Notes under the pieces: generated by a model | The model's database searches: none | What the model was told of the DNA's origin: nothing | What the model saw: only the letters and a program-made list of their open reading frames with translations | Assembly: GCA_000934665.2 (NCBI GenBank) | Contig: JYFJ02001139.1 | Span: forward strand, 1-64,000 | Length of the DNA: 64,000 nucleotides | Reading direction: 5' to 3' | From: Catajapyx aquilonaris | Taxonomy: Eukaryota | Shown here: positions 27,786 through 42,208 of the stretch, one piece after another | How positions within the stretch are numbered: the stretch's first letter is position 1 | Layout of the letters: each line of letters opens with the position of its first letter | Translations under genes and position numbers: made by a program

Positions 27786-30700
27786 AGACAAAGGCCTTTA
27801 TACCTTTGAAAACCCTTATTCCACCTGGATAATGTGACCATGACAGTCATGGCAATTTCTACAGCAGTGCAATTTCCAGGAGCCAAGAATTTTGTATGTT
27901 TACATATCCTATGCGAATGTATTTTTTCCAAACTTGAATAACTGCCGAATGTTTTGAATGCAACGGATGTTCATTACTGCTGTAATCAGAAAGAGGGTAA
28001 TAAAAAAGTCGAGCAATATACAGATTGAATGAGGTGTTCACAATGACAGACGACCTTACGCAACTTCATGGCTGAAGTACTCCCCAAATCTTATCCACAC
28101 TGATCTAAAGTATTTGCCCTAGGAATTTGATAATGCCGACAAGTGTCTAGAAAGCAATGGGAGATATGACGCCTTTTTGATCAAGGTGGCACTGACATGG
28201 TTCATGTGACGTAAAAAAAACTTGTGATCTACTGTACCCTGCATTGCCGGAATGGTGTCTTACGGCATGTAGGTGGACAGGAAGAGGCCCATTTTCACCA
28301 CTTGTGCTTGTGTCATTTAGAGCCACGTTTTCATGAGCTCCACCAGATTAATTAAAAGTAATACTGTAAACATCACATCCCACTTTTCTTGATGCCCCAA
28401 GGTTAATTACAGGGACGTAAATGGAGCAAGCATCCTCGCAGTTGCAGGGGCATAATTTTTATATGTACCCTGCTCTTTTTTGCGGTCCAGTCGCAGCGAG
28501 TAGTCGTGAAGGCCCTTTTTTTGTCACCCTCTCTCTGTATAGTCCAGGGTTCAATTTTGGGAATCAGTTTGATCTGGTGAAGGCAGGCATGTTGTCATCT
28601 ATGCGACATCATGTCAGTCAATTCTGCATTCATTTGCAAAGAATAGCATCTCTTGCACAAACCCAACCTTCTTGAAGGGTAGGGTCGGAGCAAACTTCCG
28701 CAATTATCAGACGGAGCAGGAGGCGGAGATTTGATTTTGAAAGGAGATTTCTAAGGAGTGATTATGTCTAATCAACATTATAAGTGCTGGTGTGATTTGC
28801 AGAATTACGATAGTTGTATCCTGATTATTGCTGTGTGAAGTATGGTACATGCAGCTTATCATGTCGGATGGTCAGATGAATCTTGTACTTTTAGAGGGTG
28901 AATTCTCCATGTTAATCGCTGGAAATCTCGAGTGAACATTGGGCGAATCCGGTATTTTTATCGGAATGTTGCCTGCTATTGTGATGTTAAATTATCTTAT
29001 ATTGTATGCCACTTTATGGCTCATGTTTACTATTTAGTGTGTTCTGCTCTATTGTCGGACATGCTATTTTTTTGCAGAGAAACGTCACGATGAGCAGACG
29101 CTTAGGTCCGGCTGTGTTGACTCAATTAATCACTGAGATGAATCTGGTTAATTGTTGTCAGAATGTCCAACCCCTCGAGTTTGTTATGTGGCTAAGATGT
29201 GTATTATTTTAATGTCCTATGCAGATGCTTAGTCTTGTTGTATTAACTCAGATTGTGTATTGTGAACTAGCTGTACATAGTCAGAGGTTTTCCTTATTTT
29301 GCGGTCATATGACTGAGCTGTATTATGTGACTTCACAGGTTTTGAAGAGTCATCTGGCAACCTCATGTCCTGTTGCATTAGCACCTTCAATGCTGACCTG
29401 TTATCTTACCAGGACAGTGCCAAGGACTGGTCAGGAGGTATTATCACCAAATCTGTTGTTCGGTACCCAATACGAGGATATAGGTTTTTTTATTGAATGC
29501 CTGTCGATAACTTTTACAGTGCAATTTTTAAAGAGCAGAGTAGATGAAAATTCAATTGCTTAATGCTATCTACATGCGCCATATCGCATCTGAAGCTGTG
29601 ATTCCACAACATGTGAACATAACGTCGGTTTGCATTGTCCTGCTAAGTTTGTGCGTTGCCAGCCTATGACTCTTTAGCAACTGGCCAGGGTATTTTTGCT
29701 GCATTTTTAGCCATTAATTTTTCTGGCGGCTGATGGATGTTTGCATGTTATGGTAGTCTACGTGTCAGAAATAACTAGCAGTGGTGCAATACTATATAAA
29801 TAATTGTTGGGTGTGGGAGGCATAGTGTAGCAAGTTTTTTTTCAGTCATTCATTACATTCCCTTAATTAGGGCACTTGTCACTTTCAATTTAGAGTCAAC
29901 GTTTCCTCACTGCCACATAATTATGCATGTTAAGAGAAAGAAATTGCAAAGCCAAGGTTAATGTGGAAGCGGGAAGTGATGGTGGCGGTACATGATACAC
30001 GGTGAAAACTGTCGTTACCCTTCTTGGAAAAATCTCAGGGTCAGTCATTCATTGCCCATTCAGGCAAGGTCAAGTTTGGGGTTTTCCCAGCTGTTCCATG
30101 TAGGTCACCCAAGCATGGAGCGAAAACCCACATTTTTTTTATTCCCCTTTAAGAAATTGCACATGAGTAATGGATCCTTCTGACACCTTTCATGAGGACC
30201 ATCCAGGGTTCAAAGTTTGTTGTGCTTTCAGATAGGTTAATGATGGGACCTGTGTGCACTCGGAGGGTGTCTAACAGACTCCTGACTCTGAATACAGAGA
30301 TCAACAATGGCATCCCCATCACGACACCTGAGCATGGACCTAATTAGATCTGCTGTCATGCACCTTTGCGCATAAGATGACACTCAAGTTGTGCAATAGC
30401 CGTTGAGAAATTATGGGCCTGTCCAGACAAGGTAGCATTTGGCTTTGGTGCAATAGTTATTTATTACTAAACAAGTTCATCAATTACATAAGTGCTACAT
30501 GTGCTTATGCCACCTGTTACGTCCAGCCTAATCTGCCTGATCTCTTCTCACGCCTCACAGTCATCGGCACACCCCAGCTGACGTCCATGTGCCTCTACGT
30601 GGTTCTGGTCACTCGGCGGAATTCCCTTCCAACTTTTCCCAGCCCATCTGGAGCAAGCCAGTTCATGCCGACTTTTTTTAACCTTTATTTTTTAGCATCC

Positions 30701-32011
30701 TTAAATTTGCATGTCCCTGGTGGTAATTGTGTACTTGGGCTAATTCTCCCACCAGCCCAGGGAGTCGCTACCAGGCAGATCCCCACTGTTAACAGACCGT
30801 AACACGCAGTCTGACTCTGAAGGTACTTATCATCATGCAAACTGGCACCTACCAGTATAATTGATACCGGGTGTCTGAGATTTAATGATTAAGTAGACCG
30901 GATTTGGTTAGATTCATATTACATCAGCACACTCGTAGAGAACATTCGCCTCGAAGCAATTGGCGCAATCACTGCTGTTGATTATTTTGATAAGTCAGAT
31001 CACATCAGATTAGATCTTCAAGTAATCACATAGTGCCACAGTTTGCATGGAGATAACGTATTGCTTGTGTAAGTCCTTGATAACATGACTACTGGTCACG
31101 CACTGATGGTGATTGGATACCTGTTAATTACAACATAATATCCTGATGTGTCTTCAACCCACGTTGCTCTTCTGCTGTGAAAGTTGCGGCTGTCTAGGAT
31201 AGACCACATTGGACACTGTTCGTTGTAACAGGCTGTTGAGGTTGTTAATTATTATGATATTGCAGGAGGGTCTATGGAATGATCAGAAGATATGTTTGAT
31301 TCATCCGATATCAATGTCCTTCACAGTCTGTTGTTCCTGAGGGAATCCGGGACACTTATTCCTACGGACACAACCAATGTGACGTCTGACTTCCAAAAAA
31401 AATCATCTAGAAAGTTGAGGAAGTGCATCGTTACCAAGAGGTCAAGAGGTCGACTCGGTCCTGCACCATGTCCTTACCCGGTTCTGGATTAAACGGTGTG
31501 CACATGCTCCCACGAAGCACTTTTGCTTTCTCCTCCAGACAACAATGGACATTTTTGAGTGGTACAAAACCGGCCTGAACTCCTGGGTCTGTGAGTAATT
31601 ATTGGAATAGCATGAAGGGAAATTAATGCGGTCAAGCTACCGAATAAAAAGGGTAACCTCTTCTCACGGTGCTTCTGGTGCTAAGTGGACTCTACGTGTA
31701 TGTCCAACTTTCACCGGAGCTGGATGAGAGAGGTCGAAGCATCATCATCATCATCATAAAACAGGGTCAATCTAGTACGTCGCATGACAGGTCGCACCTT
31801 GCGTAATCTGGTCATAAAACCAGGCACTAGAAAGCGGGCCCAAATATGGTACGAGTACTATATACTCAAACAAACTCGTACTATACTCAAATGTACAATA
31901 TGTGTACTGTACAGTCAAATTAGCCTACTGCCGTCCAAAATGATCACCTTCACTTGACCATATATGTTTAGGTCCGTCAATGTTTCACCAGCATTAAAGG
32001 AGTAAGGTATA

Positions 32012-32250
32012 TACCGGTATATGTATTGTTCTTCATAACTTTTGTTTAGTCCCTCCATGTTTCATCCATTAAAAGGAGTAAGGTAGCAGACCTGAAGCTC
32101 AAATTAGCCTCTAAGAGAGGGAAGTTGTAAACAGGAGGCGCCTCTCTTCAAGGCTATTTTGAGCTTCAGGTCTGCTACCTTACTCCTTTTAATGGATGAA
32201 ACATGGAGGGACTAAACAAAAGTTATGGAAGAACAATACATATGCCGGTA
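32012..32250. mobile_element. MITE family A (32073-32188, TTAA-flanked) within an extended foldback
   Basis: About 60-bp near-perfect inverted arms extend outside the MITE TIRs. Confidence 0.85.
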
Positions 32251-34050
32251 GATGAACTCAGCAATATTGAAGCTCGGTAAAGGATGGTATGGTAGAGAAA
32301 GTGTTTGAGGATGTTACTCTCAGCGATGGGCCACGAAGGAGGTCATTAAGGAAGGAGGCATCTCCGAAAAGGCCACTTCCTCAACACGATTTGCATTCAA
32401 CGTCGGCAGCGGTACTGTCGGACCGGCGAAAGTTGGCCGGTATACCAGGCTGCCGTTTGTAGAGACCAGAAGCTCAGTGACAAGACAGGTTTTTGGATAC
32501 ATCCGCTGACAAATGATGGGTTATGTCAGGATCCCCCTATTAGCCGGGATGGCCCAAGCATTGCAGTACTACTTGTTGGGCTGGCCCAAGCATTGCAGTA
32601 CTTGTTGGGCTGGCCCTAGTTAAATGGGGAAACGCGGAAACTATTTTCGTCTCTAGTCAACGATAGTACAACAGTTCTGTTAATTAGAAGGTTTCTTTAC
32701 ACGTGCTGAAATTACGCAAGTACAGAATTCTTTATTTCTGTCACGGACGCCTCTCTTATATGAGTTAGAAAGTTCTTCCTGTTCCGATCTAACAGGACCT
32801 GCTGCAGCACCATCCTGCAACGGTTTTGCATGAAAGTTTATGGGCTGTACTTTGCCTATTATGTACGGTCATATGCATGACCAGCCGGTTTTGAGAATCA
32901 GGGGTGTCATAGATTTATTCATTTTTTTTATATGCATAAAGTGCACGTGGAAGGTTTGTGACCTTGAAAAAAGTGTGCGACACTTTCAAGGTCCGAGTTA
33001 GGAAATGATTCTCACTTTCACCCCCTCGTGCGTATGCAAATCAAGTGTTTGTAATCAGTTTTTTATTTATGCGTGGATCTGAACACGCGCTACTTAATTT
33101 GCGTATAAGTAGAGGGGTTCAAGTGCACAACCTTGTTTATTTTTTATGTTTTTAAAAAAAATTGTGTATTAGCCTACTTACTGTTAAAGGGTTAAATTTT
33201 TCAAGTTATTAAATACTAATTGTACAAAAAGCTCCCTTTAGGAACAATAGTGGCTCCTATAATGATACTGAGAGTCGGCGTGTAACAATGTTTCGTAAAC
33301 TGATTCAGATTGGACTAATATGATAATAGCTATTTTTCATGCCCGATATGAATCAGACAACTGAATTATGGGAAATGGAGAGAGTAGGGACACGCTTGGT
33401 TGCATGTCCACATGTAGGAAGTATGCTCATCAACTTTTAAAGGGTACAAAATGGGTAGTACTTTTTACCTAAAACCGCCATAAGAAAAAGCGGTGAAAAT
33501 GTTCGACTTATATAAATACCGGGCCCCCAACAATGGCTACAAAAATAACCGTACAAGTAGCAATGAAAGTGGCGCAAGTTATTTTCTGACGCCCATAATT
33601 ACTCGGTATTTAAGGGAAAGGGTAACTCTTACGTGTATCATGCCCTATAAACTCCTTTTTTGCCTATTTCAAGGAAGAGAGATTACTGGCTACCATTGCA
33701 TGGGATGTCAACTGTAAATGACACAAAGTGGTGTGTTGTACGCTCTTTATTACACAACATCCAGTTGTTGAGGGACAATGTGTGGTCTTCATGCACCGCA
33801 TCAATTTTCATCGGGGGAAGAAGGATTTTTGTACAAAATAGAGAAAAAACATTAATGTACACAAGATGTAGCAAAATGCTGCAACTCCATGGCACTTTGC
33901 AGTACAGTCAACATCGGAGGTGGAGGATGTGACACTCTTTTTTGAATCCTCCACTCTCCTGAGCCTTTTACAAATCAAAAGGTGTCGTCCCTTTACTGCA
34001 CGTAAAGGGAGACACACGATGAATACCCGTACGAGAAGTGTCATTCCAGC

Positions 34051-35240
34051 CTAGTAGTACCCTCCGCTACCTCCGCCTCCTCCACCTCTGGAGTATCCGC
34101 CACTGCCTCCACCTCCGCCTCCAGAGTATCCGCCTCCACCTCCACCTCCAGAGTATCCGCCGCCTCCACCTCCGCCTCCAGAATATCCACCTCCACCGCC
34201 TCCAGACTGAGACTGCTCAGAAAAGCTAGCCACCTCGATTCCAGGACGGACTGATTCAATCTGGATCTGGCCGCCTCCTCCTCCACCATGTCCTCCACCG
34301 CCGCCTCCACCACGTCCTGGAGCGCCATAGCTGGAGCTGGGTCCACGGCTAGGAGCTCCATAACTGCTACTGACTCCACCACCACCGCCTCCGTGTCCGC
34401 CACCTCCACCTCCACCGCCAAATCCTCCAGATGGAGCACCATAGCTGGAGCTGGGACGTGAAGGTGCACCGTAGCTGGAGCTAACTCCACCACCGCCGCC
34501 GCCGCCATGTCCGCCTCCGCCTCCACCACCGAACCCGCCGGATGGAGCGCCATAACTGGAGCTAGGCCGACTGCTGGGAGCGCCGTAGCTGGAGCTAGGA
34601 GCTGCTGGAGCACCATAGCTGGAGCTCACACCGCCACCGCCACCTCCGAATCCTCCGCCACCGCCGCCGCCATGTCCGCCACCGCCGAACGACCCACCGG
34701 ATGGTGCGCCGTAGCTGGAGCTTGGAGCTGCTGGAGCGCCGTAGCTGGAGCTCACACCGCCGCCGCCGCCGCCACCGCCGTGTCCGCCGCCACCGCCGCC
34801 TCTGGACATCTGCTGGGAGATGATCTGACGGATGCGTTCCAGGAGGTTGGCGTCCAGAAGGCTGGCACCCTCATTGCTGCTGCCTCCGCCGCCGCTGTAT
34901 CCGCCTCCGCCTCCACCGCCGCCGGAGTACCCACCGCCGCCGCCTCCGGAGTATCCGCCTCCACCTCCGGAGTACCCACCGCTGCCTCCGCCTCCACCGG
35001 AGTACCCACCGCCTCCGGATCCACTGCCTCCGGAGTATCCACCGCCTCCTCCGAATCCACTTCCGCCTCCTCCGATGCTCCCGCTGCTTCCTCCTCCTCC
35101 TCGGAGGCTACCGCCATAGGTGGCGTCCACCAGCAGGACGGCCACCAGGCCCCAACACTGATGAAGAAGAGACAATTAAACAATTCACTTGTAGCCACTC
35201 TCTCACTGGATGTCACTCGCCCCCTTACCAATCCCTTCAT
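34051..35240 (-). CDS. Secreted glycine-rich protein with SSSYGAP repeats (cuticular/pro-resilin-like)
   Basis: A 12-nt first exon ATGAAGGGATTG|gtaagg (35229-35240) joins exon 2 from 35157. Signal peptide MKGLCWGLVAVLLVDA; GGGYS and (P/V)SSSYGAP repeats; ends GGYY*. No RR chitin-binding domain is visible. Confidence 0.9.
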
Positions 35241-35325
35241 TGTTGATGCGGATGGTTCCTCACTCTTTGGTGAGGGGAAAGAAGTCACTGGACCGACTGT
35301 GATGTGGGGTCCTGGACCATCCTTC

Positions 35326-35332
35326 TTTTATA
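35326..35332 (-). promoter_or_regulatory. TATA box of the Gly-rich protein gene
   Basis: TATAAAA lies about 25-30 nt upstream of an Inr-like ATCACAGTC and about 90 nt upstream of the ATG. Confidence 0.7.
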
Positions 35333-38300
35333 CCTGGGGGATACCACCACCTCGGCCAGGGATACGTCATTTACCAGGGGGTGGAAGGGGGGTGAGATTT
35401 ACCCCCCCTGAACAGGTTGGCTGGGAGAGAAACAGGGACGGGAGAGGGAACGAAACCGAAAGTGGAACTCTCCCTCACCTCCTCCTCCTCCTCCTTCCTC
35501 CTTTACCACCACCCCCGCTTCTTGTTCCTTACTGGTCATCCGAGAGTGCAAAATGCACTGCTCAACGTGCTGTGGCCAAGGATTTTCAAATTGGTTGGCT
35601 TTTTCAATTGGGAGAGACGACGGGTGGTTTTCTTGCACTTTTGATGGTGGGTTACGTCATTCGGGTCACTTGATGGCCTTTTTAAATGGGGGCTTTCAAT
35701 GTTGATGGGCAATGTGAGGAGTGGCCAACAGTCCTGCAGGCCTGAAGCTCAAAATAGCTCCTCTTCCTCACAATATGAGTTGCCACCCCAGAAGATGGTA
35801 ACTCCGAAGAATATTGTGAGTTCTTGGAGGCTTCAGGTCTGCTAACTTCACTCCTGGAAGTGACTGCACATATTCCTTCGCGGTGTTGTACCGCATTGTT
35901 TATTCCAGCAACCATTTGATATATGGTTCATAAATAGCCTGGCACTTCCTGTACACCATTCTCATCTTCCTTCTCCCCATGTTTGTCTGGGGACCTACAT
36001 TCTCCGCTATAATTGGTTGTCACTGTCTTCACTTTCCCGAAGCGGTAACACCAATCTTCTTACGAGGCAAGCGAGCCACATAAACAACCATAACTCGGCT
36101 GATATTAAACCTCGAAATGGTTCTCATAATGTTTCCAGACACCGAGACCAGTCGTGCTGAAGAGAAAAGATACCCATCCTTGCTTCCTGAATCGTTTAGA
36201 AGCGGACCACGTCACGTCACCCATAAAGAGAAAGATAGGCCGAAGATCGGTGGCCATTTTTATATTGAAGTGGACACTGTTGGGGGATACCTCCAACAAG
36301 GTGCAGAGCTCCTGATAATATCATCCGGTCAGTTGGTTTCTCACCAGCCCTTTTTCTTTAACGTCTTCAGCGGCCACTTTTGGGCCAGATCGGGGTCACG
36401 AATCCTCATCTGCAGCTGGGGTCTCTTCACTTTCCATCCAGCAGCCTCCGTTGAGTAACCGCCCACGCTGGTTGAGCTGGTTCCCATACACGCCATCGTA
36501 TAACTTACAAGAACCGGGAGGTATTACATGTCGAATTTTAATGTTGCTCATTCCGGTGGTTCAATCAGGAAATGGTGATTTTGTCTGAAGACATTTTTCA
36601 ACAAATTTCTTCGGACGAAATCCGACCAAAGTTTGGTCACTTCCATAGCAATTGTTACAGTAGCGACTATTAACAGCCATTAGACCCACAATGCGCGTTA
36701 AAATAATAGCTTAGATTGCCGGAAGCGCTTTATTTACAGCCGCTTTGTCCTGGAAAAAAGCCCCCCCCCCTCTTAATTGCACATTAGGAGAAAAGACCAT
36801 TAATTACACGCGTACCTCCAACTTACATAACGCGCGATGAGGTGAGGCATATGTCATTGTTGCATTCTCACTTTTTTTTACAATATACACTATCACACGG
36901 ATGACGGTTAATAACCGTTTTTTACCCGCCTTTTTCTCACGAAGGACAAAGAGAAAACGGACAATGATGTCTTCCCACGAAAAAGTGCAAGCAGCAATTA
37001 CTTTAAGAGACAGCCCCGAATTGTAATTTTCCGATCTCGAGAAAGTACAACGATGGAGGAAGTCCAGGTCGACCTCGGGTGACATTAGAGAGACATTTTA
37101 TTAGAGGGTAATCTATCCTGTAGTGAAAATGGCGGAAAGCTGCACCTTTTTTGCTGTTGCAATGTCACATTAGAGGAAACTGGTGTGAACTGCTCCAAAT
37201 ATTAGTTGAAGGATAGGTTATGGTTGGGCCTGACCTACTTGTTTGTTGTTGTTTACTTCAGGAGTTTTTAGTGGACACGTGCTCATTAACCGACATAAAC
37301 GGTTACCTAATAGACACGGTATCTCCCAGAATATCACTACTATTGTATACATCTTCATGACATAACAATGGAGCTCGAGGTGCCCCGGTTAGGTGCAGAA
37401 CAGCTTCCGAAATATATTAAATAACCCCCTAATCATCATCAACCACCCTTCACTGCGGTGTCGTAATTTGTTTGACATTCAGTCGATTGCGCCATTCCCC
37501 CTGATGATTATCCCTTCCCAAAAAACTGGTTCTCGTTTATTACACATCATGTGGAAGAAGCATGAGGAGTGGCCAATATGAACGAGGGCCACCCCCTGTA
37601 AATGACGAGGTCCTTTGGAGCACAAAGTTGCGGAACGACCCCATTTTATCGGGCAAAGAGGCCGAGGTCGGACCTACTGGACAAAGGATGCTGCTGGAGA
37701 ACTCTCTTCAGCTGCAGCATCTTGTGGACAAGCCCACACCACTTGTGAACCAAAAAATTGGTGACAAGGACATTCTCAGGAGGAACCGTCGAACTGATGG
37801 ACACGGGAACTGGAGGATAGCAATTAACCCTAATAGGACTGGCGTGGTGAGTTCATGTTGCATAATAGTGCAACGCTCTTTTGACTGATGAAGTGTTGAG
37901 GTGTTCCCACCCTCCGTGGGTTTTTGAAGGTTAATTCACGTATTTTTCAGGTCAATAGTGCCCAGCAGGTGGTGACCACCAATATGGCAAATGGAACCCG
38001 AAATCCACCAGACCACGGTGTAGGACTGACAGGTAAAAGCAGTGTTCCACTATATCTGAAAGTGAGCATGGACCTGCCTCAAGATCTACTCGTAGTGAAT
38101 ATTAATAGACCCACGCACTATGGCGGTATACCGTACACATGTACTTCCAGGAAACCGGTATCAATCGCAGTTTGTTGCCCCTTCCAGGATGTGCCGCTTG
38201 TGGGAACTTCCTCTTGATGGATCCATCGGACCCAATTACTTTCACTACTGGACCTACTGGACAATTGCTCTAATCAACACCCCCTTCCCGGACCCTAAAA

Positions 38301-41300
38301 TTCTGTCCAAATAACTGGCCATTTTAGAAACTTCTCCAACGTCGTGCTGTCCGCGCATCACCAGTCAGCTTCGTGCCTTTGAAGCCAGTTCCGGAAGAGA
38401 AAACCCTCTTGGGCCAAGTGACAAAGCCTGGAATCACAACAGTGAAAGCCAACAAAGGTCAGGGCCAGTCCTCTTGGTGATGTCGAGGGTGAAACTTACA
38501 TGAGAACTATACAAAACGTTACTAGTTTCAGGGTCCTTAATTTATCTGGTTGTATCCCACCAACACGTAACTTCTTGACAACAACCATCATTTACACTGG
38601 TAGCGTAATAATCCACGTAAGAGTGTGAGAGTGTGCCAACTGCTACTTTATTATTAAAGGGGAGCTATCAATCTTCCTAATGATGTTTCCTGTTTATTAA
38701 ATCCAAGTGCGGTCGACCCCCACTACTCAACAACAACAACAACAATGCTTTCAATAGCTGTTGACACATACATGCTATTTAATATCTAATGGATTCAACA
38801 AACGAGTGAAACATACTGGCGAAACAACTCCGAGGGACATCTTAAAATTTATTGGGCAAAAAAAGCCGGTTGTGTCGTAATCCTTATGTCACAGCGACTT
38901 ATGGCCTGTAAGGGAAAGCGTATAGTGTTACGAGCGAAACCGTCCGACAATGCCACAGTTTTTGTGCACATTTTAATAAGCGGGACATGTCCCATATTGC
39001 ACTGAAACAATTACGTGCCATCAAGATGTGGACCTTCCGTAAGTTGTGAAATGACCATTGTGTGCTCGGATTTATTGCAGATGCAGTGTGCTAATCTAAG
39101 GAACGATTATTGCGTTAGTATAAGTCAACAATTGAATTGCGCTCATTACTGCGTGAGAGCAATACTTTTATGGTGTCATATAGGCAATATTTTTTTAAAA
39201 TTGTTGGACATCTAATTATTGTTGCCCATAAAGGAACATGGTGATTTATTGGTGCACGAAATGAAAGCCCTTTTATAATCAACTTTCAGCAACACCTAAC
39301 AATTGGCTCCAATTAATAATAGCTATTTCTCTCATCATTTTTGAGATTTTCTGACCGGAACTTTTCAGTCGGACATAAATGAGCGAGTATGACATCACCA
39401 CCACCACCTAAGAGGTCATCCACCAGCTAGGTTTTCCAATCGTGCACATTTGGCAATACCACTGAGGAGGCAAGGTCGAGGAAGGTCAAAGGGAAAGCTA
39501 AAGTCATTAGACAAGTGATGGTGCTGCCCACACTGGTCACCAGCATCTGTCTGGTCCAGCCTGATTCGTTTGCCATAAAAGATGACGAAAAGCAGGCCAA
39601 CCCAAGGCTCCTGAAGAAAGGGCTGTTCAAATGTCAGGTGTATTAGGACCAGGGTAGCTATGGATTTGTCTATGATGTAACAATGCCCTCGTTCATTACT
39701 GTGGCTCAAAACCGGCCTTGAAAACGCGACCGACTTATTGTAAAAGGTTAAAGGTGTTTATTGAAACATTTCATTCCGCGCCATCTACTGATTTAATGAG
39801 GATTCATGACACGTCCTAAGAAAAAGCTTAGGCTACTATAAAACCAGTCGCAAAATTTTTGTGCATAAGCCAAAGTGGGTTGGAATATGGAGACTTCCGC
39901 GTCTCATCTTCACTTTCGTTTTCGAGGCCTGGAATAAGCCCACCTTTCCCTTTGACTTTAATCTCAGCATCCGGAGACTTATACACTACATGGCATTTTA
40001 CAGTGCAATGGCTCATGGGAGAGTTACTCCTTGGGCTACTTTCAATAGGTGCATCTTTATACACATGTTGACTCTTTGATATAGGGTGTAACACGCGATG
40101 CCTACCAAGTCAACATCGTGACTTTCAACATTTACAATAAGAAGAAGAAAAAAAATGGAAGATTAATATTGAACGTAACCCACTTCGACCATTGTTCGAT
40201 GGGTGGTATATTGTTGTGGTGTATTGTTCGATTTTTTGAGGGAGAAGATTGCTGAGGGAGAACGCGGAAAACTTTTCCTTATATATATGAAGGTGCTGAC
40301 ACCCACATTTCGTGTATCATTTGTGATGGATCATCCACCTCCAGGTATGTAATTTGATACTTGCAACATGTCATTTAGACGAGATGTGGGTTGATTACAT
40401 TCTCTTAGGACGTGACTGCACTTCTGATTATTCGGTGGTGTCCTGTCCTCATGTATCCTCTGGTACAGTATATGATGTCTCCTCTGGTCATTTATATGAT
40501 CGGTCTAACGCTGTGGGTCAAGGTTCAGCCTTTCCAGCTCTTTAGAGGTGCAAAGCATGTGAAGTGTACATTTCACCTCTATTTCACACCTTGCTAATTA
40601 TCGTGTTGCCTAATTTCCGCACTTGAATTTCCGTGAGGAGGATCGTTGGATGAGTAATTTCTTTTTTCCCTCTGGCGTCGTTTGATTGTGAAAGCCATGG
40701 TTTTCACTCCCTAAAAAGTGCCAAGTTGTGTATTTTGTAACCAGAAGTGGCGTATCTACATCCAAGAGGAGGAAGCACCACCTGCTGAGGATGTCTTCTT
40801 CTTGTGGCAAACCGAACCTGGGAATCCTTGAACTCCGATGGGGGGGTCTTCCGCGATGGGTAAATAGCACCCCCCCTTCGGACTTTCCCTTGACCAATCG
40901 AGTTCCCTTGGCCATGGGAAGATGTCCTTCCTCACGGGTACTGCAGGAAGAAGAGACCCGCCGATATGACTCCGGGTCAGACTTAAATTTCTCCGGAGTT
41001 TCGCAACATCTCTTAAGGTGGTGCGGGGGCGGACCCAAAGAACTCTCGTCGGTACACTCCACTTATGCAACTTCCCCTTCACTTTCACCTTCATTCAACA
41101 ATTAATAACTGGGTCAGCTCTGGTTGCTTCTTCCTGTATTTGAGCTTCTGGTGCTCTATGAGTTTCCACGTTCATTTGCATACGGGTGTAATTAAGAGGA
41201 CAACAATTATTGAGAGGCCACTTTCTCAATGAGCACTATGATTTTAGTTACGACCGGTGCAACCCCCCACCTATAAGAACAAGAAGCTCTTCAAAAATCA

Positions 41301-42208
41301 TCACGATGTAACGGCATTGTCTATTACTTCACATGCCCTACATTACGTTTTGCAGAAGAAACGTGCCTCTGAGGTCACGGTCCGATAACCATCTAAGAGA
41401 CACTCCATTAATTCCGTCTCATTATGCTTGTTGTGAGTCGTTTGTCCTGAAACTACACGACAGCCTGGGTATATAACTTATGTAACATAAATTACACGGC
41501 AGGATGCAGACCGTACAGCAGGTACCCCCATACCAACAGGTCACACACTTTCGAATCGGCGACCCTTAATTTTCTTGGGAACGTGTCCTGATGCATCTTT
41601 ACAAGATATATCCTCGAAGACATAACCAATTCCGGAACTTTTAGCAAATTTTTTGTTGTTGTTGTTAAAGAAGGTGAAAGTGTTTCTTTTTAAAGTTTCC
41701 CAACACGTCACTGCTCGTTTTGGAGGAGAAATGAGCGGTCGTGTTCAACGCTTAGTTTTACGCCTGTCACCTCATATAGGAGTTTTCGAGCAAAAGCAGA
41801 CGGGAAAGTTCCTCATACAATTGTCCGTAAAAGGTATGCGTAACGTGGACCGCTGTAATACGTAACGTTGACTGTCAATATGTCGTAACGAGCAAAACCA
41901 CAGAATCTCTACACTTTCATTACAGATTATCCTGGAAGAATGCAACACATTACACGTGGATGTCTGTTGTAGACCTTGCCAAATGTGTACGTTGACTCTA
42001 GAGACTCATATCCGTACCTGTGCCTGCTCTTCTAGTGTTGATTGGAGAGGACATACCGATGAACATCTTTACCTAAGGAACTTTCCACATAAGGAGAGAC
42101 CAAGGATAGAAATAAAATTTTGAACACAATTTCCACCATTCTTACTGAAAATACTGACATACTGCCACTTGGCAAATGTACAACACAAACACTCACACAT
42201 GCTTGACA

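Noticed and set aside
34507..35673. 388-aa plus-strand ORF and other overlapping ORFs
   Set aside because: Antisense or alternate-frame shadows of the low-complexity Gly-rich gene.
39980..40740. YTTWHF peptide appearing on opposite strands at about 39980 and 40730
   Set aside because: The similarity does not extend beyond about 18 nt; probably chance.
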